A DNA stretch of 63,075 nucleotides, filler included, from Octopus bimaculoides (taxonomy: Eukaryota), in assembly GCF_001194135.2 (NCBI RefSeq). It is 7 parts of 6 records of this genome, joined end to end, with 100 filler letters (N's around TTAATTAATTAA, not from the genome) between each part and the next. Parts side by side here need not be neighbours in the genome. Positions count along the whole stretch, not along the records: positions 8,992 to 24,872 come from NC_068986.1; positions 24,973 to 38,211 come from NC_068992.1; 5 more parts are not named here. One strand, given 5' to 3'. The notes below the pieces were generated by a model. That model was not told the DNA's origin. It worked only from the letters and a program-made list of their open reading frames with translations, and did not search any database. The position numbers were made by a program, and so were the translations under genes. Within the stretch, counting starts at the first letter, position 1. Every line of letters begins with the position of its first letter. Below, piece after piece: positions 22,387 through 34,482 of this stretch.

Positions 22387-24169
22387 GATACAAGTCCACA
22401 GTTTAGGTGGGCGGAGGTCATTGTCGCCAATCTAATCAATTCTCCTATTTGAACCATACTTATCTTATCTTTTGCGGAAGAAATATAACAGAAAAACAGA
22501 GAAGCAATAATTAAAAATTATTTATAATATAGCTTAAAGGCTACAGATATTTTGAAGGATGGTTCATTCGCTTAAGGCGACCAATCTACTTGTGTAGTAC
22601 TTATTTTATTGATCTCGAACGGATGAAAATATTATAAAAATATTGATTAAATATCTCAGAATATGATTCTTGTCTAAATGGCAATTTCTATGTATTCTTA
22701 GTGCATTACATTATATGAATCTCCTATTTAATTCCTTTTATTACAGTTCAATAAAACGTTAACAAAACCTATTTTCTTCATTTACCAAACAAGACCTTTT
22801 CAAATATAACTTACTGTCAATTGAAAAGGCATGCGTGTGCTTCGTATCGACTTCATTGCGAGTTTGTGTGTATAGGAAACAACAGTGCAGGAAATATTTG
22901 AATTAACATACGCACAATGTCTTGTATTTCAAAGTAATCGGCGCCGTTGGAAGCCATTTAATTCCTTGTTAGTATCACTGCCAAATGTTGATGGAATACG
23001 TCTGGAGGCGAAATATTGAGTAAATTATGAAGTCATAAATGATATTTATTGATGGAATGTTTTTTAGCAATGACTAACTTAATTCTTCGCTATAGAATCT
23101 TCTCTACAGAAATATAAACAGTACAGAGTTGGGCTTTCTCAACATGTAAAAATATTCTTCAGATCTTTGAGATACTTGCTTCTCGCATTGTCTAATAAAA
23201 AGTCTTTATCCAGTATGCGAATACTGCACATTATTTTGATCACAAATTAGGTACATCTTGTAGTAGCTGTTGTTTTTAACTCTAGGTCAATCATTAGGGA
23301 GCTGAGCGCTGATCAAAGGTGGTGCGACTGTGACCATCCTTCTTGTTTCCAAGTTAATATACATTGGGTTATATTACTATTCAAGTTAGTATATTTAGAA
23401 CTACAACCTATGTGTCTTTTTTTATGACGTCAGAGTGTGGTAAGAATGGGATTTCTAGCAGTAGACCACGCAACCGTGTTAGGGTTTCATCGCTAGTTCA
23501 AAGACTTCGAGTGTTTGGTGGAGGTAAATATTCCTGGTTTTTATTGTCATTAATTTTCATAACTATACCAGAAAAATGAAAAACAAACAATATTGTTTTG
23601 TTTCATAGATAACAGGATACATGATTATAGAGATGCTAGTCGTTTAACCAAACATCAGTACTTGACTAGAAATTGTTGGGAAATTATGAGAACATGTTAT
23701 TTTTTTGCATTATATGACTCACTGGAGTATAATTTCTACATAAGATATACCATACATTTTTTAAATGATTTTATCAGAATTCAATAAAATGGTGTCCAAT
23801 AGAACAGTAAGTACACTTAGCCGGTTTACATTTATTCTGAAGAATTATATCCTACTTACATAAGAATAATAACAAGTCCCTTAAAAATCTGATTCAGTAT
23901 CAGTTGAAAAGCAAGCAAGCATTACAGCTCATATCACCAACTCTAATCCCTTTCTTTTATGACAATCAAAACGCCTTTCTTTAAAGACCATTTCCACTCC
24001 AGATCTTTCCTTTGTTACTTCTTTCTGTTGCTCTTCAGAGAGATTTAGTGTAGACGGTGTTGTTAAATTCAACATCGACATATCATCTGAATGAATTTAG
24101 TACACCAGTTTCCCAACAAAACAATTCACCAAGTGTTTCTATCCGTCTTTCATCTGTTGGATCGACTGT

Positions 24170-24660
24170 CTCCAGTTAGATTGCACGATCCGTACTGATG
24201 GAACACTGCCTGATCAACATTCTATCTAGTCTAATGCGTCCGAGATTCGGTTTACTCTCTCAATACTCACACTCCTCTTTCTTCGCGTGTATCAACAACC
24301 TACCTACTTGCCGTTACGTCTAACAACGTTTGAATAGGCATGGACGTCTAACAATGTCCATGCCTATGCAGACGATGCCACCATTCATTATTTCCAAACC
24401 TTCCGTGCTCAAGCGTCATTCACATGAAACCTGAATAGCACACAACAAATTTACACTAACTCAATGAACGGATATTTTGAAAACGAACTCCAAATAAGTC
24501 TTGTTTGCGCTTGCATCACAAAACTACTCCTCTCAAGGTAACAATGTCGTACCCTTCCCTAATGAATATGAACAACATGTAAATTGAAGTCGTAAGGTTG
24601 TTACAAAAGCAAAGACTCACCACCATTGAGGATCTCTTCTGTCGAACGTACGTTAGCAAA
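24170..24660 (+). mobile_element. Decayed CR1/Jockey-group RT fragment
   Basis: VRTDGTL...SILTLLF...NNVHAYADDAT (YADD motif at ~24364-24378). Confidence 0.6.
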
Positions 24661-24711
24661 AGAACCTCTCTCTCTCTGTCACATTCACTCACTCTCTCTC
24701 TTTCTCTCTTA

Positions 24712-24731
24712 CTACTACAACAACAACAACA

Positions 24732-24780
<49 letters not shown>

Positions 24781-24808
24781 TTACTACTACTATTACTACT
24801 ACTACTAT
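24712..24808. repeat. (TAC/CAA)n microsatellite; further compound TAA/CAT/GTA tracts at 25537-25645, 26017-26183, 27740-27880, 29975-30060 and 34378-34455
   Basis: Directly visible. Confidence 0.95.
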
Positions 24809-24972
24809 AATGTCCTTTGCTCCCATGAACTGACTGGTTTTGTGCTGCTTTCCCTTTGGCACTTCCGACTTCNNNNNNNNNNNNNNNNNNNNNNNNNNNN
24901 NNNNNNNNNNNNNNNNTTAATTAATTAANNNNNNNNNNNNNNNNNNNNNNNNNNNNNNNNNNNNNNNNNNNN

Positions 24973-25009
<37 letters not shown>

Positions 25010-25014
<5 letters not shown>

Positions 25015-25535
25015 GAGTGAGAGAGCAGTGCATGTCATCAAAGTGACACTGGGGTAAAATATACGAAGCCCATTATACCCATCATGACTACCCGTCTGAT
25101 AAGGGTACACCAGGCACATGCATCACAACCATATATGCGCGACAAGGTGATCTCATATCAAGATAAACAGCGCATGACTTCGCAGGTGGGACCAGTTAGA
25201 ATTTTCTTCAGGTCAGGTAGCCCATCCCGCTCAAAAGGTCCCTGAATAAGGTTTGTTTAAGGATGTTGAGCAAAACACCCATGTTTCCAAAGGTGAATTA
25301 TTCAAACCCCAAAGAATTCCTCTCAACACATGGCTATGATGCTCCCCCACTACTTCTGCTCATGATCAGAGATGCACATATCCTCAGCCACAAAGGGACA
25401 TGCTCAACTTGTTAAGGTCAAAACAACTGACAAGCAAATCTGTGGTATTAAGCAGAATACTTGCTGTAGCCCATCTTTTATACCAAGACAAAACAATGTA
25501 CATGATAACACTTCCAATCAATTAAGATCAGAAGC

Positions 25536-25545
<10 letters not shown>
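25010..25545 (-). mobile_element. Non-coding interspersed element between (TAA)n tracts (SINE-like)
   Basis: Bounded by TAA arrays at both ends. Its end GAGTGAGAGAGCAGTGCATGTCATC recurs at 34457-34482. Confidence 0.55.
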
Positions 25546-25572
<27 letters not shown>

Positions 25573-25604
25573 CATCGTCGTCATCATCATCATCATCATC
25601 ATCA

Positions 25605-25645
<41 letters not shown>

Positions 25646-25684
25646 TAATGCAAATACACAGCTTATTTTGCTGGGTATGAGGGA

Positions 25685-26012
25685 AAGAGTCAGCTGTCCA
25701 CAGCCAGAAGATTAAGGCGGCGCATGTTTACTGATCATGATTCAAGAACTCTGTGAAGAATTCTTGCAGTTCCAAGCAATGCTGACTTTTATAGGTGTTC
25801 TACATTTACATATGTACCAATCATTTTAAGCCATGTTGGTAGTTGGATGTTGATACTTCCAAGTGCGCCAATAGTACCAATTCTATTCTCTTCATTGACC
25901 ATAAACCTCGTATTTCCCACTGCAAATCGTAATAATTGTTCAGTTTTTCTTCTTTTTCCCTTTGACTCCTTTCTCATCGAGACATGCTATGTCGATTATC
26001 ACGCACGTTCTT
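25685..26012 (-). mobile_element. R4/Dong-like 3' end in (TAA)n
   Basis: ERTCVIIDIAC...IGTIGALGSI...WLKMIG...SALLGTARIL on the minus strand. Confidence 0.75.
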
Positions 26013-26014
26013 TC

Positions 26015-26077
<63 letters not shown>

Positions 26078-26096
26078 CATCATCATCATCATTATC

Positions 26097-26182
<86 letters not shown>

Positions 26183-27800
26183 ATTTGACTCACGCAATAC
26201 GAAGCGTTGGTATTAATAAGTAAGAACTATAAAAACCCAAGAATAATATTCCTCGACAACAAGAAGTAGAAAGTAAAAAAATCATTTGTGGAAGTTAGAT
26301 AACTTTGCTTGTGAATACATGCAAAGGAATTAAACATTGCCTCATAGTAAGTAGTACAAAAAGCTTTCCAAGATATATTTAGAGGAATCTTAATTGCAAA
26401 AAGAAAAAAATATGGAATAGACTAATGTCCATTATTAACTGAAGATCCAGACGAATCACAGGTTGAAATTGCCAATCGTACTTCCACTGTATTTCCGTGT
26501 CAAAACAGATAATATGTGTAAAGGGAAATGCGATGGATCCGTGACTAGTCATCACTTTTGTATTACAGTATGGACCAATGACCAAAGCATGGCTAGCGAA
26601 GTAGGATATATGTTCAAGGCACATCAAATTAGTTTGCAAGTCTTAATGACCACCTGAAGGCCACACAGATCTATTGAAATTGTGTCCAGCAGAATTTATT
26701 GAATTGCATACAGAGCAGAAAGCCTAGTTGTTATATTTTCCAGAAAAAGTGGAGGCTAAACAAAAACACAAAAGCAAAAATAATGATGATCAACTGCAAC
26801 AGTTAAACGAACTACAAACAGTAGTTTCCAGACTAGCATCAGGGGATGGCAAATGAGCTAACAAAACTCAGGGGATGGCAAATGAGCTAATTTTGTGCCC
26901 ACCAAATGGGTGAACTAACATCTCGTTTGGAACACTACCAACGAATACTATTAATTCATATAGTTAAGAGAAAGACTGAATAGTTGCAAATGGAACCTAC
27001 CAATCTTTGGTGATAATCCGACAGTTAAAATACCGAAATTTTCAAAGGAAGAAGACTCGATATAAAACAACGAACATGGCTAAGAAGGAACATTTTCTTC
27101 AAAGGAATAACAATAACAACTTCAGAAAATAATGAAGAATTGGCAACGGAGATAAACTGAAATTCACCTTCTTCGAAAATAATACAAAGAATTAGAATTC
27201 AAACTTGCGAGAAAGTTAGAATTCGAATGATACAAAACTATTAGACTCGGATAGATTATTATTGAAATTAAGCTAAAATAGTATGCGGAACTAAGAGGAC
27301 AGTATTCTGAAGAAGTTGGAGTTTTTCAACACACTGTATATCAAGAAATGCATTTTGTTGCTTTCGTACTGTATTTCAGAAATTGTTCAGCTTTACACAA
27401 CCTATCCACTAATATTTCATGTTGTATTTTCCTTTTTCTTTAAATTATTGTTTTAGCTTACTTCTTATTTATTACGTGTGTGAGAGAGTTGTGTGCGTGT
27501 GCGTGTGTTGTGTGTGTGTTTGTGTGTGTGTGTGTGTTGAGTGTGTGTAGTGTGTCTCTGTGTGTGTATTGTTATAAAAGCTTTTAAAAGTTTAATACAT
27601 TTTGTTATGTATTATATAACATTTCTTACCCTCCATTTCATATTTGTAAACTATTTCAATTTTAATTTCGCTCTTACTGCGAGTGAAATTTCTGTATATT
27701 TTACGTATTTTGGACCTTTGTGACTGATATACGTTTGTTATAATTATCATTATTATTGTTATTATTATTATTATTATTATTAGTAGTAGTAGTAGTAGTA

Positions 27801-27862
<62 letters not shown>

Positions 27863-27894
27863 GTTATTATTATTATTAATATTATGGTTATCAT

Positions 27895-28745
27895 ATGAAA
27901 ACTCACAGCTTATTTTGCTTGGTATAATGGAAAGTGTCAGTTGTCCACAGCCAGCAGACTGACGTGACACTTGTTTTTTGGTCAGGCTTCAAGAAACCTG
28001 CGAAGAATTCTTGCAGTTCCAAACATGCTGGTTTTGTGGGTGTTCTACCTTCACACTTGCACTAATCTTTTTCAGCCATGCTGGAACTTGAGTGCTGATA
28101 TGTCGAAGTGCACCAATAACTATCGGTATCACGTCTACTCTCTTCATTGACTACAACCTTCGTTTTTTCCCACTTCAATCGTCATAATTATTTTTTCTTC
28201 CTCTTTCACGTTGATCCTGTTGTCACCTGGGCATGCTATGTCGATTATCATACATGTTCTTTCTTTTTTTATTCACCACAACAATGTCCGGTTTCCAATG
28301 TCTGGTCAGCTGACCGCAGTGGATCGTTGCTTCCCACAGGATTTTGCAATTCTCATTCTCGATGAGTCCTTCTGGGGTTTGCTCATAACACGTCTTTGCT
28401 ATTTCTGATTTCCACAAAGCTTCCAATGGATCAATCTTGCCACATTGTCATGGCGTCTTTTCTATTCGCGTTGTGCCATTTTCGGGCATTCGCTAACGAT
28501 GTGCCATATCGCTTCACCCCTTTCACCACATATTCTCCATTTGTTGCTGTCGGTAGAGTTGTCTATTCTGCACTTCGTATTCTTGGTCCTTAACGCTTGT
28601 TCCTGAGCTACGCGTACGAGTTTTTGTGTCTCTGTCTTCAGGTCATTCCTCGTCACTCATATCTACCCGCCCTCTATATCTGTCTTCGCGTTTACATCTC
28701 TTACAAACTGACTTACATCTTCTTTTCCTTCCATGGTTTTTTTTT
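27895..28745 (-). mobile_element. R4/Dong-like 3' portion with CCHC knuckle and RLE
   Basis: AQEQALRT, WRICGERGEAIWHIVSECPKMAQRE, CKILWEATI and HWKPDIVVVNKK, then a (TAA)n tail. Confidence 0.8.
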
Positions 28746-28955
28746 CTGTAGACGAGGTCAGAATATTACTGGAGGAAAATTTTACGTCATGCACACGTGA
28801 ATTTTGGAAGAGGAGCTTTGCAAGTCTACCAGGTAAATGCAAAGGCATTGTAGACAATGGGGGAGATTTTAAATGAAAATGAACTTTGTTTCTCTAAATT
28901 TTTAAAAGGACGACAAATATGAAAAAACTTCATTATTTATGGGATGATACAATAT
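28745..28955 (+). mobile_element. Mariner right-end fragment
   Basis: FWKRSFASLPGKCKGIVDNGGDF* resembles a mariner C-terminus. ATTATTTATGGGATGATACAATA resembles a TIR end. Confidence 0.55.
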
Positions 28956-29184
28956 TTGATGAAGTATTTCTCTATAGAAACAAGAAATACATACTCTCAG
29001 TGGTGGGTATCAAATATAGGGGATACTGAAAAATATTGCAGAAGTAAAATTTATCAATTCTAAATTATGGTGAACAATGGACAATTAACATCATTACCGG
29101 AATTATAATGGAATTAAATTTTGCAGTCAAAAGATTAAATTTATCCCTAACTACGCGTATTCGATTTTCATTATTTTATTTGTT

Positions 29185-29965
29185 TAATGAAAGTATCAGT
29201 TGTCCACAGCCAGCAGACTAAGGCAATGCTGATTTTCTTAGGCGTTCTACCTTCACACTTACACTAATCTTTTTCAGCCTTGTTGGTAGTTGAGTGCTTA
29301 TACTTACAAGTAAACCAATTACTATTAGTATCTCTCTCTTCATTAACCACAACCTTCGTATTTCTAACTTCAACTCGTCATAGTTGTTTATTTTATCTTC
29401 TTTCTAATTGGCCTTGTTGTTACCGGGACATGCTATGTCGATTATCAAATATGTTCTTTCTTTTTTATTCACCACAACAATGTCCGGTTTACGATGTCTT
29501 GTCGAGTGATCGTACTGGATTGTTGCATCCCACAGGATTTTGAAATTCTCATTTTCACTGATTCCTTCTAGAGTTTTCTCAAACCACGTCTTTGCTCTTT
29601 ATAGACCGCGATTTCCACAGAGTTCTCAATGGACCATTCTTGCCATATTGTCATGGCGTCTTTCATATTTGTGTTGTGCCAATTTCGGGCGTTCGCTAAC
29701 GATATGCCATATCGTTTCACCCATTTCACCACACGTTCTGCGTTTGTTGCTATCGGTATTGTTGTCTATTCTACACTTCGTACAGCTGGTCCTTAACACA
29801 TGTTCCTGAGCTACGCATATGAGTGCTTGTGTCTCTATCTTCAAGTCACTCCTCCTCATCCATAGTCACTGGACCTCTCTATTTGTCTTCGCGTTCACAT
29901 CTATTGCAAACTGACCGTACGTTTTCTTTTCCTTCCATGCTTTCTCATTTTTGTTCATTTCCTGT
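29185..29965 (-). mobile_element. Third R4/Dong-like 3' portion of the same family
   Basis: LKIETQALICVAQEHVLRT...RTCGEMGETIWHIVSERPKLAQHKYERRHDNMARMVH. Collinear with 27895-28745. Confidence 0.8.
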
Positions 29966-29980
29966 TTAATTTTGTTGTTG

Positions 29981-30039
<59 letters not shown>

Positions 30040-31479
30040 ATTATTATTAATATTCATGTTATTATTACCCCCTTCAATATATCACATACCTATTTTCAGT
30101 AAACATTTGTTAAGTATTATATAAATATTAAGTGATTGCAATCTACTTAAGATTCTTAAGCATCTCTCTCTTTCTCTCTCTCTATCTCTCTCTCCCTATC
30201 TCTCTCCCTATCTCTCTCACACACACAGAGACAGTAAGATATATTTTTACCAATAATTGAGAATATTAAGATCAGAAATTGAAATTGTTGCCAAATTTAT
30301 TTCAAAACGATTAAACAAATATTTAACCTCATTTGACATTTATAAATGTTCGGTAAGTAACCTCATGTGTGAAATGGTGTCCATCAGTTGTCGAAGCTGA
30401 TTTTGCTGCCAAGATATAAAACGGAATAAATGATATTATATTTTCATCGATCTCATATAATTTAAGTGAATCAGGAAAGTGGACAAGGAACATTCTATTC
30501 AACGATGAGTCTGATACTCTTAATCTTTCAGATTCATCTATTTTAATGTATATTTTAATGTATATTTGTTGGAACATAAATACTTTTTCTTCTTAGTGCA
30601 ATCAACATCGAACATATGAAAATAAACCAGTGAAGAATATTGATCAATTGACAGGGAAAAAGAAAGATTGTATATATTTTACATGTTTGAAAAGTGTTAG
30701 TTTGAAGTTAATATATTCACCAAGAGCGAGTCATTAAATAGATTAGAAAAGGTAATTAGGAAAGGCATCACCAACAACGTGCTTGCATGGAAAATGTGAC
30801 GCGAATACTTTTTCGACGCAAAGCACATTGATTTTGTGGTGTCAAAGTTAAGAAGAGTTCACTCGCATACGAAATAACAAAAGCAGCTCGATGAGCAAGG
30901 GTAGCAGAGGTGCTACATTAAATCTAAAAACTAGTTAGGTTTTTGACTAAATATAACGGATGCGTGTTATTTGATTCCATAGAAATTGTGTTATTTTTCG
31001 CAGCACTTTGTTTAGTCATGTGTGTATTATATTAACGGGGAATCTCAGTGCTTACATCAATGGCTCACTGCAAGTATCGTCAGAAGTCTTGCAAACGACT
31101 GATAAACAGTGTCTGTTATCTTATTTTTTCTTTTACCCATTTTTATTTCTCTTTGTTATTCCAAATTGATCTTGGTCATGACGGTACTAAACCCTTTCTC
31201 TATTTGTAGATTACCCAAATCTGTTCGAAAAGAGAAGAAAGAAATATAATATGCTATGTTGATGAAGCTAAACTTAGGCCAAAACGCGTCTGCAGTGTCT
31301 TTCGTCTCAGAATAAAAAATCAAATTATTTTGTTGCTGAACCTGAACCACAGTGAAATTATAAGTAATCTCATTTCCAGCAGAGTTTTTCACAATTATTT
31401 CCAGTTCCTATACATTTTCAATGAGGAAAATTATGAATGTATCCCGTACGACATTCAGTACATCCGCTATTGAAAAATG

Positions 31480-31531
<52 letters not shown>

Positions 31532-34222
31532 TATATACACGCATGTACAAAGACACGCACATATACATCTAATTTTTTCGATCCGGAGAGAAGTGAGTAC
31601 TTATTTTAATAAGTGGGCATTCAGTCCATACTGATTAGAACTAGGTTTAAGAAGTGATTTCATATTATGAGCAAACAGAATAGGAGAAATATTTTTAGAG
31701 TATAAGCTATTTTTGTCTAATCATATTATATCGTGGGTTTCGATAAATTGTCAAGAGTGCTAGGTAAATTACTAAGACTGTACAATTTTGTGCCATTCCC
31801 TTCCTAAACTTAGTAACCCAGTTCAGTGCTGAGCAGTATACGATAGGTGCATCCTATTTGTTTCAGATTACAAGTGTAAAGACGTCTAGCAGCATTTTGA
31901 CCATTTTGCTTACTTCACGGTCCGGGGTAAAATAACTGAAGTGTTCTCGACAGAATAGCCGATGTGTCTAACAAATCGATAGCTGCAACTGAATTATGTT
32001 ATTATGAATTATGACAGTGAATAGTTATGCAAAAGTAAAATCGCTTGGTTCGAGTGGTTTGCTGAATAAGATTTTAGATGAATGTAAGGTCTCTTCTCCT
32101 CTGTGACAGATGACTGTCATCTATCACACTTGAGTATTGACAGGGAATATTGGCACAAAGATACAGAATTTCTCTAGAAAAAATGTATGTGAATAATCAT
32201 GACAATATCAGTTAGGCATAGACATGTGAAATTCACTGCAAATTTTTCCACGATAATCTTCACATTTTTCGATATGTCAAATAGGTAGTATGTAACAAAA
32301 CTGGTCTTGCTGGAAATCCGATACATTTATATCATCATTCCAAAATTTCCTGCAGCGTTGACCTTCGTTAGTTGATGTTTTAATGTTAGTTTTAATGCAA
32401 TAATTTCGATCTCGATTTTAGACAGTGTATCGCGTCAATGTTCATCAAGCATCTCCTCTGAGGTCAATGTAATATAGTCGTCTATTGAAACTGTTTTCAG
32501 AAAGCCAAACTCACTGCATCAAGGATGCCGCTTTTCAACACTAATGGTCACTTTTGTTTTTCGGTAATTGGTGTCCATATATAGATACTGAGGAAAAGAA
32601 CATTGTAAGCAACGTGAGTATCCTACCTGCTTACAAGAAGAAATTTCCCATTATGATGTCAAATGATACTGTGATGTCAGTTCAAGTGGTTTGCAACTTG
32701 GCCTATGTCAACCAGTGATGTCAGCCGGATGGAGCGGCTAAAAGGATTGTGGTGTGGTTTTGACGAAGGCTAGATGTACATACGAATATGGTGACGTTTC
32801 AAGAAACGTAGCTAGTCCCACTCACTGAAAAAATATTAACCTTGAAGGATCAGCAATAACTTTCGCAATTTATTACTGCATGACCGTAGTGACTGCCAAG
32901 AGTTTTCACTGACAAAACTGAAACGTATGTTCGTTCGATTTTTATGGGCAAGTCATTTCACCTGCTGAAAACACACTTACGTTTTGTTATTGTTCGCTCA
33001 GCTGCCAGACTCGTTACCACGCTGCACAAAGTACTTGGCGGCATTTCTTTCTGCTCTCTACGTTTTGAGTTCAAATAGCACCGACTTACACTTTGCCTTT
33101 CATCCTCTTGGGATCGATAAGATATGTACCAGTTGGGAATTTAGATCGATGTATATGAGTGTCACCTTCAAAATTTTCAGGCCTTATAGTATATAAAATC
33201 ATTGATTCTCTGAGTTTGAACTTGTCTTCATGGAATTCCTTTCGATGCGTGTTTTATGTCAAACGTTACCAAATGAAATTATTTTGGAGTAAAATGAACT
33301 TAATTTACTTAAGAAAGGGTTGCCCTTGACACGCAGACAATACCAAAAGTTTCAAAATTTTAATTACACATATTTTCATTTACAAAATGACCACCATATT
33401 TGATTATGCTATACGACAAAACACCAGAATTACTAGCAACGTGATAGAAAACCAATCATACAATGTCCCTAATACCCCAATAAAGCATGTGGAAGAGAGT
33501 GAGAGCTACAACAACAGCAACAACAAAAGCAGCTGCACTTAAAAGATTACAGACACTCCAGTTCATGTAGCATGTGTTGAACATACCGTCAAAACTAAAT
33601 GAGCAGGCTTCATTTTTTTAACCTACCACGGGTACAAGAAAATCATGCAAATAGAAGAATGCTGCTACAGAACGTTATCCAGAAGGCGAAAAGATAATTA
33701 TATATTTTTGCTTGTGAGAAAATGGAAACGGGTTATATTTGTCCTCGAGCCAAACAATACAACAGGCTCTCGAAGACATATCAGAAAATATTATGTCACA
33801 TAAAAAAGCAAAGGGCAAGGCACAATTTAAAACTAAAAATGCAGTTAAAACATGGGTGGAAATCGTCAGACATATATTTGACGATACATTGATTTCCCAC
33901 TACATGAGCCGAAGTAATACAAGCACCATAATATGGAGATGTTGGACACGACTTAGACTAATGGAGGGTAGTGACGTTTGTGTTGTAGTATGAGAGAGCG
34001 GTCAAAGCAGGTTTAATAATTGGCTTGTAGTCAAAGGATGCGAAAGTTATATAGGCACTACTTAGACTAATAGAGGATAGTGGTACTTATTTTTGCAATA
34101 TAGGAGAGCGGTCAAGCAGGTTTAAGACATTTTGTCTTTCAGTACTCTTTTCTATCTAATATTCTACACATATATACTTGAATACCTGTGTATATGAATC
34201 TATACTGGATTGTATGCGCGCG

Positions 34223-34275
<53 letters not shown>

Positions 34276-34376
34276 GTATGTATTTAAGTGTGATTGTATG
34301 CAACTTACAAATTATTTATATGTCCTTCCATTTGTTGTATAATGTCTCTTACCCCTTTCAACTGGAGTGAGAAATC

Positions 34377-34441
<65 letters not shown>

Positions 34442-34482
34442 CATTGTTATTATTAGTGAGTGAGAGACCAGTGCATGTCATC

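Larger units (their letters stand above)
9075..24170. repeat. Five diverged paralogous blocks (E ~9075-9350, A ~10200-11480, B ~16390-17700, C ~22390-23400, D ~23560-24170), an ancient tandem duplication
   Basis: Collinear shared motifs: GTTTAGGTGGGCGGAG (10231, 22401; degenerate at 16418), ATTGATCT.GAACGGATGAAAA, TTCAATAAAA, TATCAGTTGAAAAG, TATGACGTCA (10831, 9128) and TATTCTTCA. A, B and C each follow a (GT)n tract. Confidence 0.75.

Noticed and set aside
26216-27330. Possible transposase or LINE remnant, including a 23-bp direct repeat at 26839 and 26868
   Set aside because: No diagnostic motif. Two repeats with a 6-bp spacer in eukaryotic DNA are not a CRISPR array.
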